IMG/VR virus record: IMGVR_UViG_3300011339_000921 | Span: 1-55,792 of that record | From: a virus | Lineage: Duplodnaviria > Caudoviricetes | Length of the DNA: 55,792 bases | Direction: 5' to 3' (one strand) | In this document: positions 55,713 through 55,792 of the stretch, in pieces | Position numbering within the stretch: the first letter of the stretch is position 1 | Layout: each line of letters starts with the position of its first letter | The notes under the pieces: model-generated | The model's input: only the letters and a program-made list of their open reading frames with translations | Databases searched by the model: none | Told to the model about the DNA's origin: nothing | Position numbers and translations under genes: made by a program

Positions 55713-55734
55713 GGGTGGGGCCGAAGCCCCACCC
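55713..55734 (-). promoter_or_regulatory. C(UUCG)G tetraloop hairpin downstream of the capsid gene
   Basis: GGGUGGGGC-UUCG-GCCCCACCC; no U-tail. Confidence 0.7.
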
Positions 55735-55741
55735 CCGGGAT

Positions 55742-55792
55742 TTAGGAAGCGCCCTGCGAGCCCCAGCCTGCGCGGAAGTTCGAGCAGCCGAA
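55742..55792 (-). CDS. Major capsid protein C-terminus (partial)
   Basis: FGCSNFRAGWGSQGAS* resembles the C-terminus of gpT-like capsid proteins. Confidence 0.75.
   Translation of the reverse strand, partial: FGCSNFRAGWGSQGAS

Overview
The window is almost a complete genome of a GC-rich tailed phage with podovirus-type morphogenesis genes. The host is probably an alphaproteobacterium, inferred from the SSB sequence and the apparently leaderless promoters. The sequence is circularly permuted inside the major capsid gene: its N-terminus lies at 1-328 and its C-terminus at 55742-55792, both on the minus strand, and the middle is missing. The minus strand carries packaging, head, tail, ejection and lysis genes: terS, a free-standing HNH-AP2 nuclease, terL, portal, GroES, scaffold, capsid, fibres, a 7-blade propeller, an M15 endolysin, spanins, a GIY-YIG nuclease and a 1923-aa LPD38-type protein. 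The plus strand (10.7-28.9 kb) carries small early genes and replication/recombination genes: split primase-helicase, SF2 helicase, VRR-NUC, YqaJ exonuclease, RecT and SSB. I see no DNA polymerase, integrase, tRNA or CRISPR array. The most notable non-coding signals are (1) three tandem hairpins with different stems but a conserved 8-nt loop at the start of the capsid-operon transcript, (2) a ~380-bp array of TGAAAC boxes with exact dyad symmetry at the GC-skew switch (likely origin), and (3) several apparently leaderless late promoters. At protein level, a recurrent [YFM]xxGGx[VIA] tag appears in predicted internal virion proteins. All family calls are from motif recognition by eye; no database searches were run.
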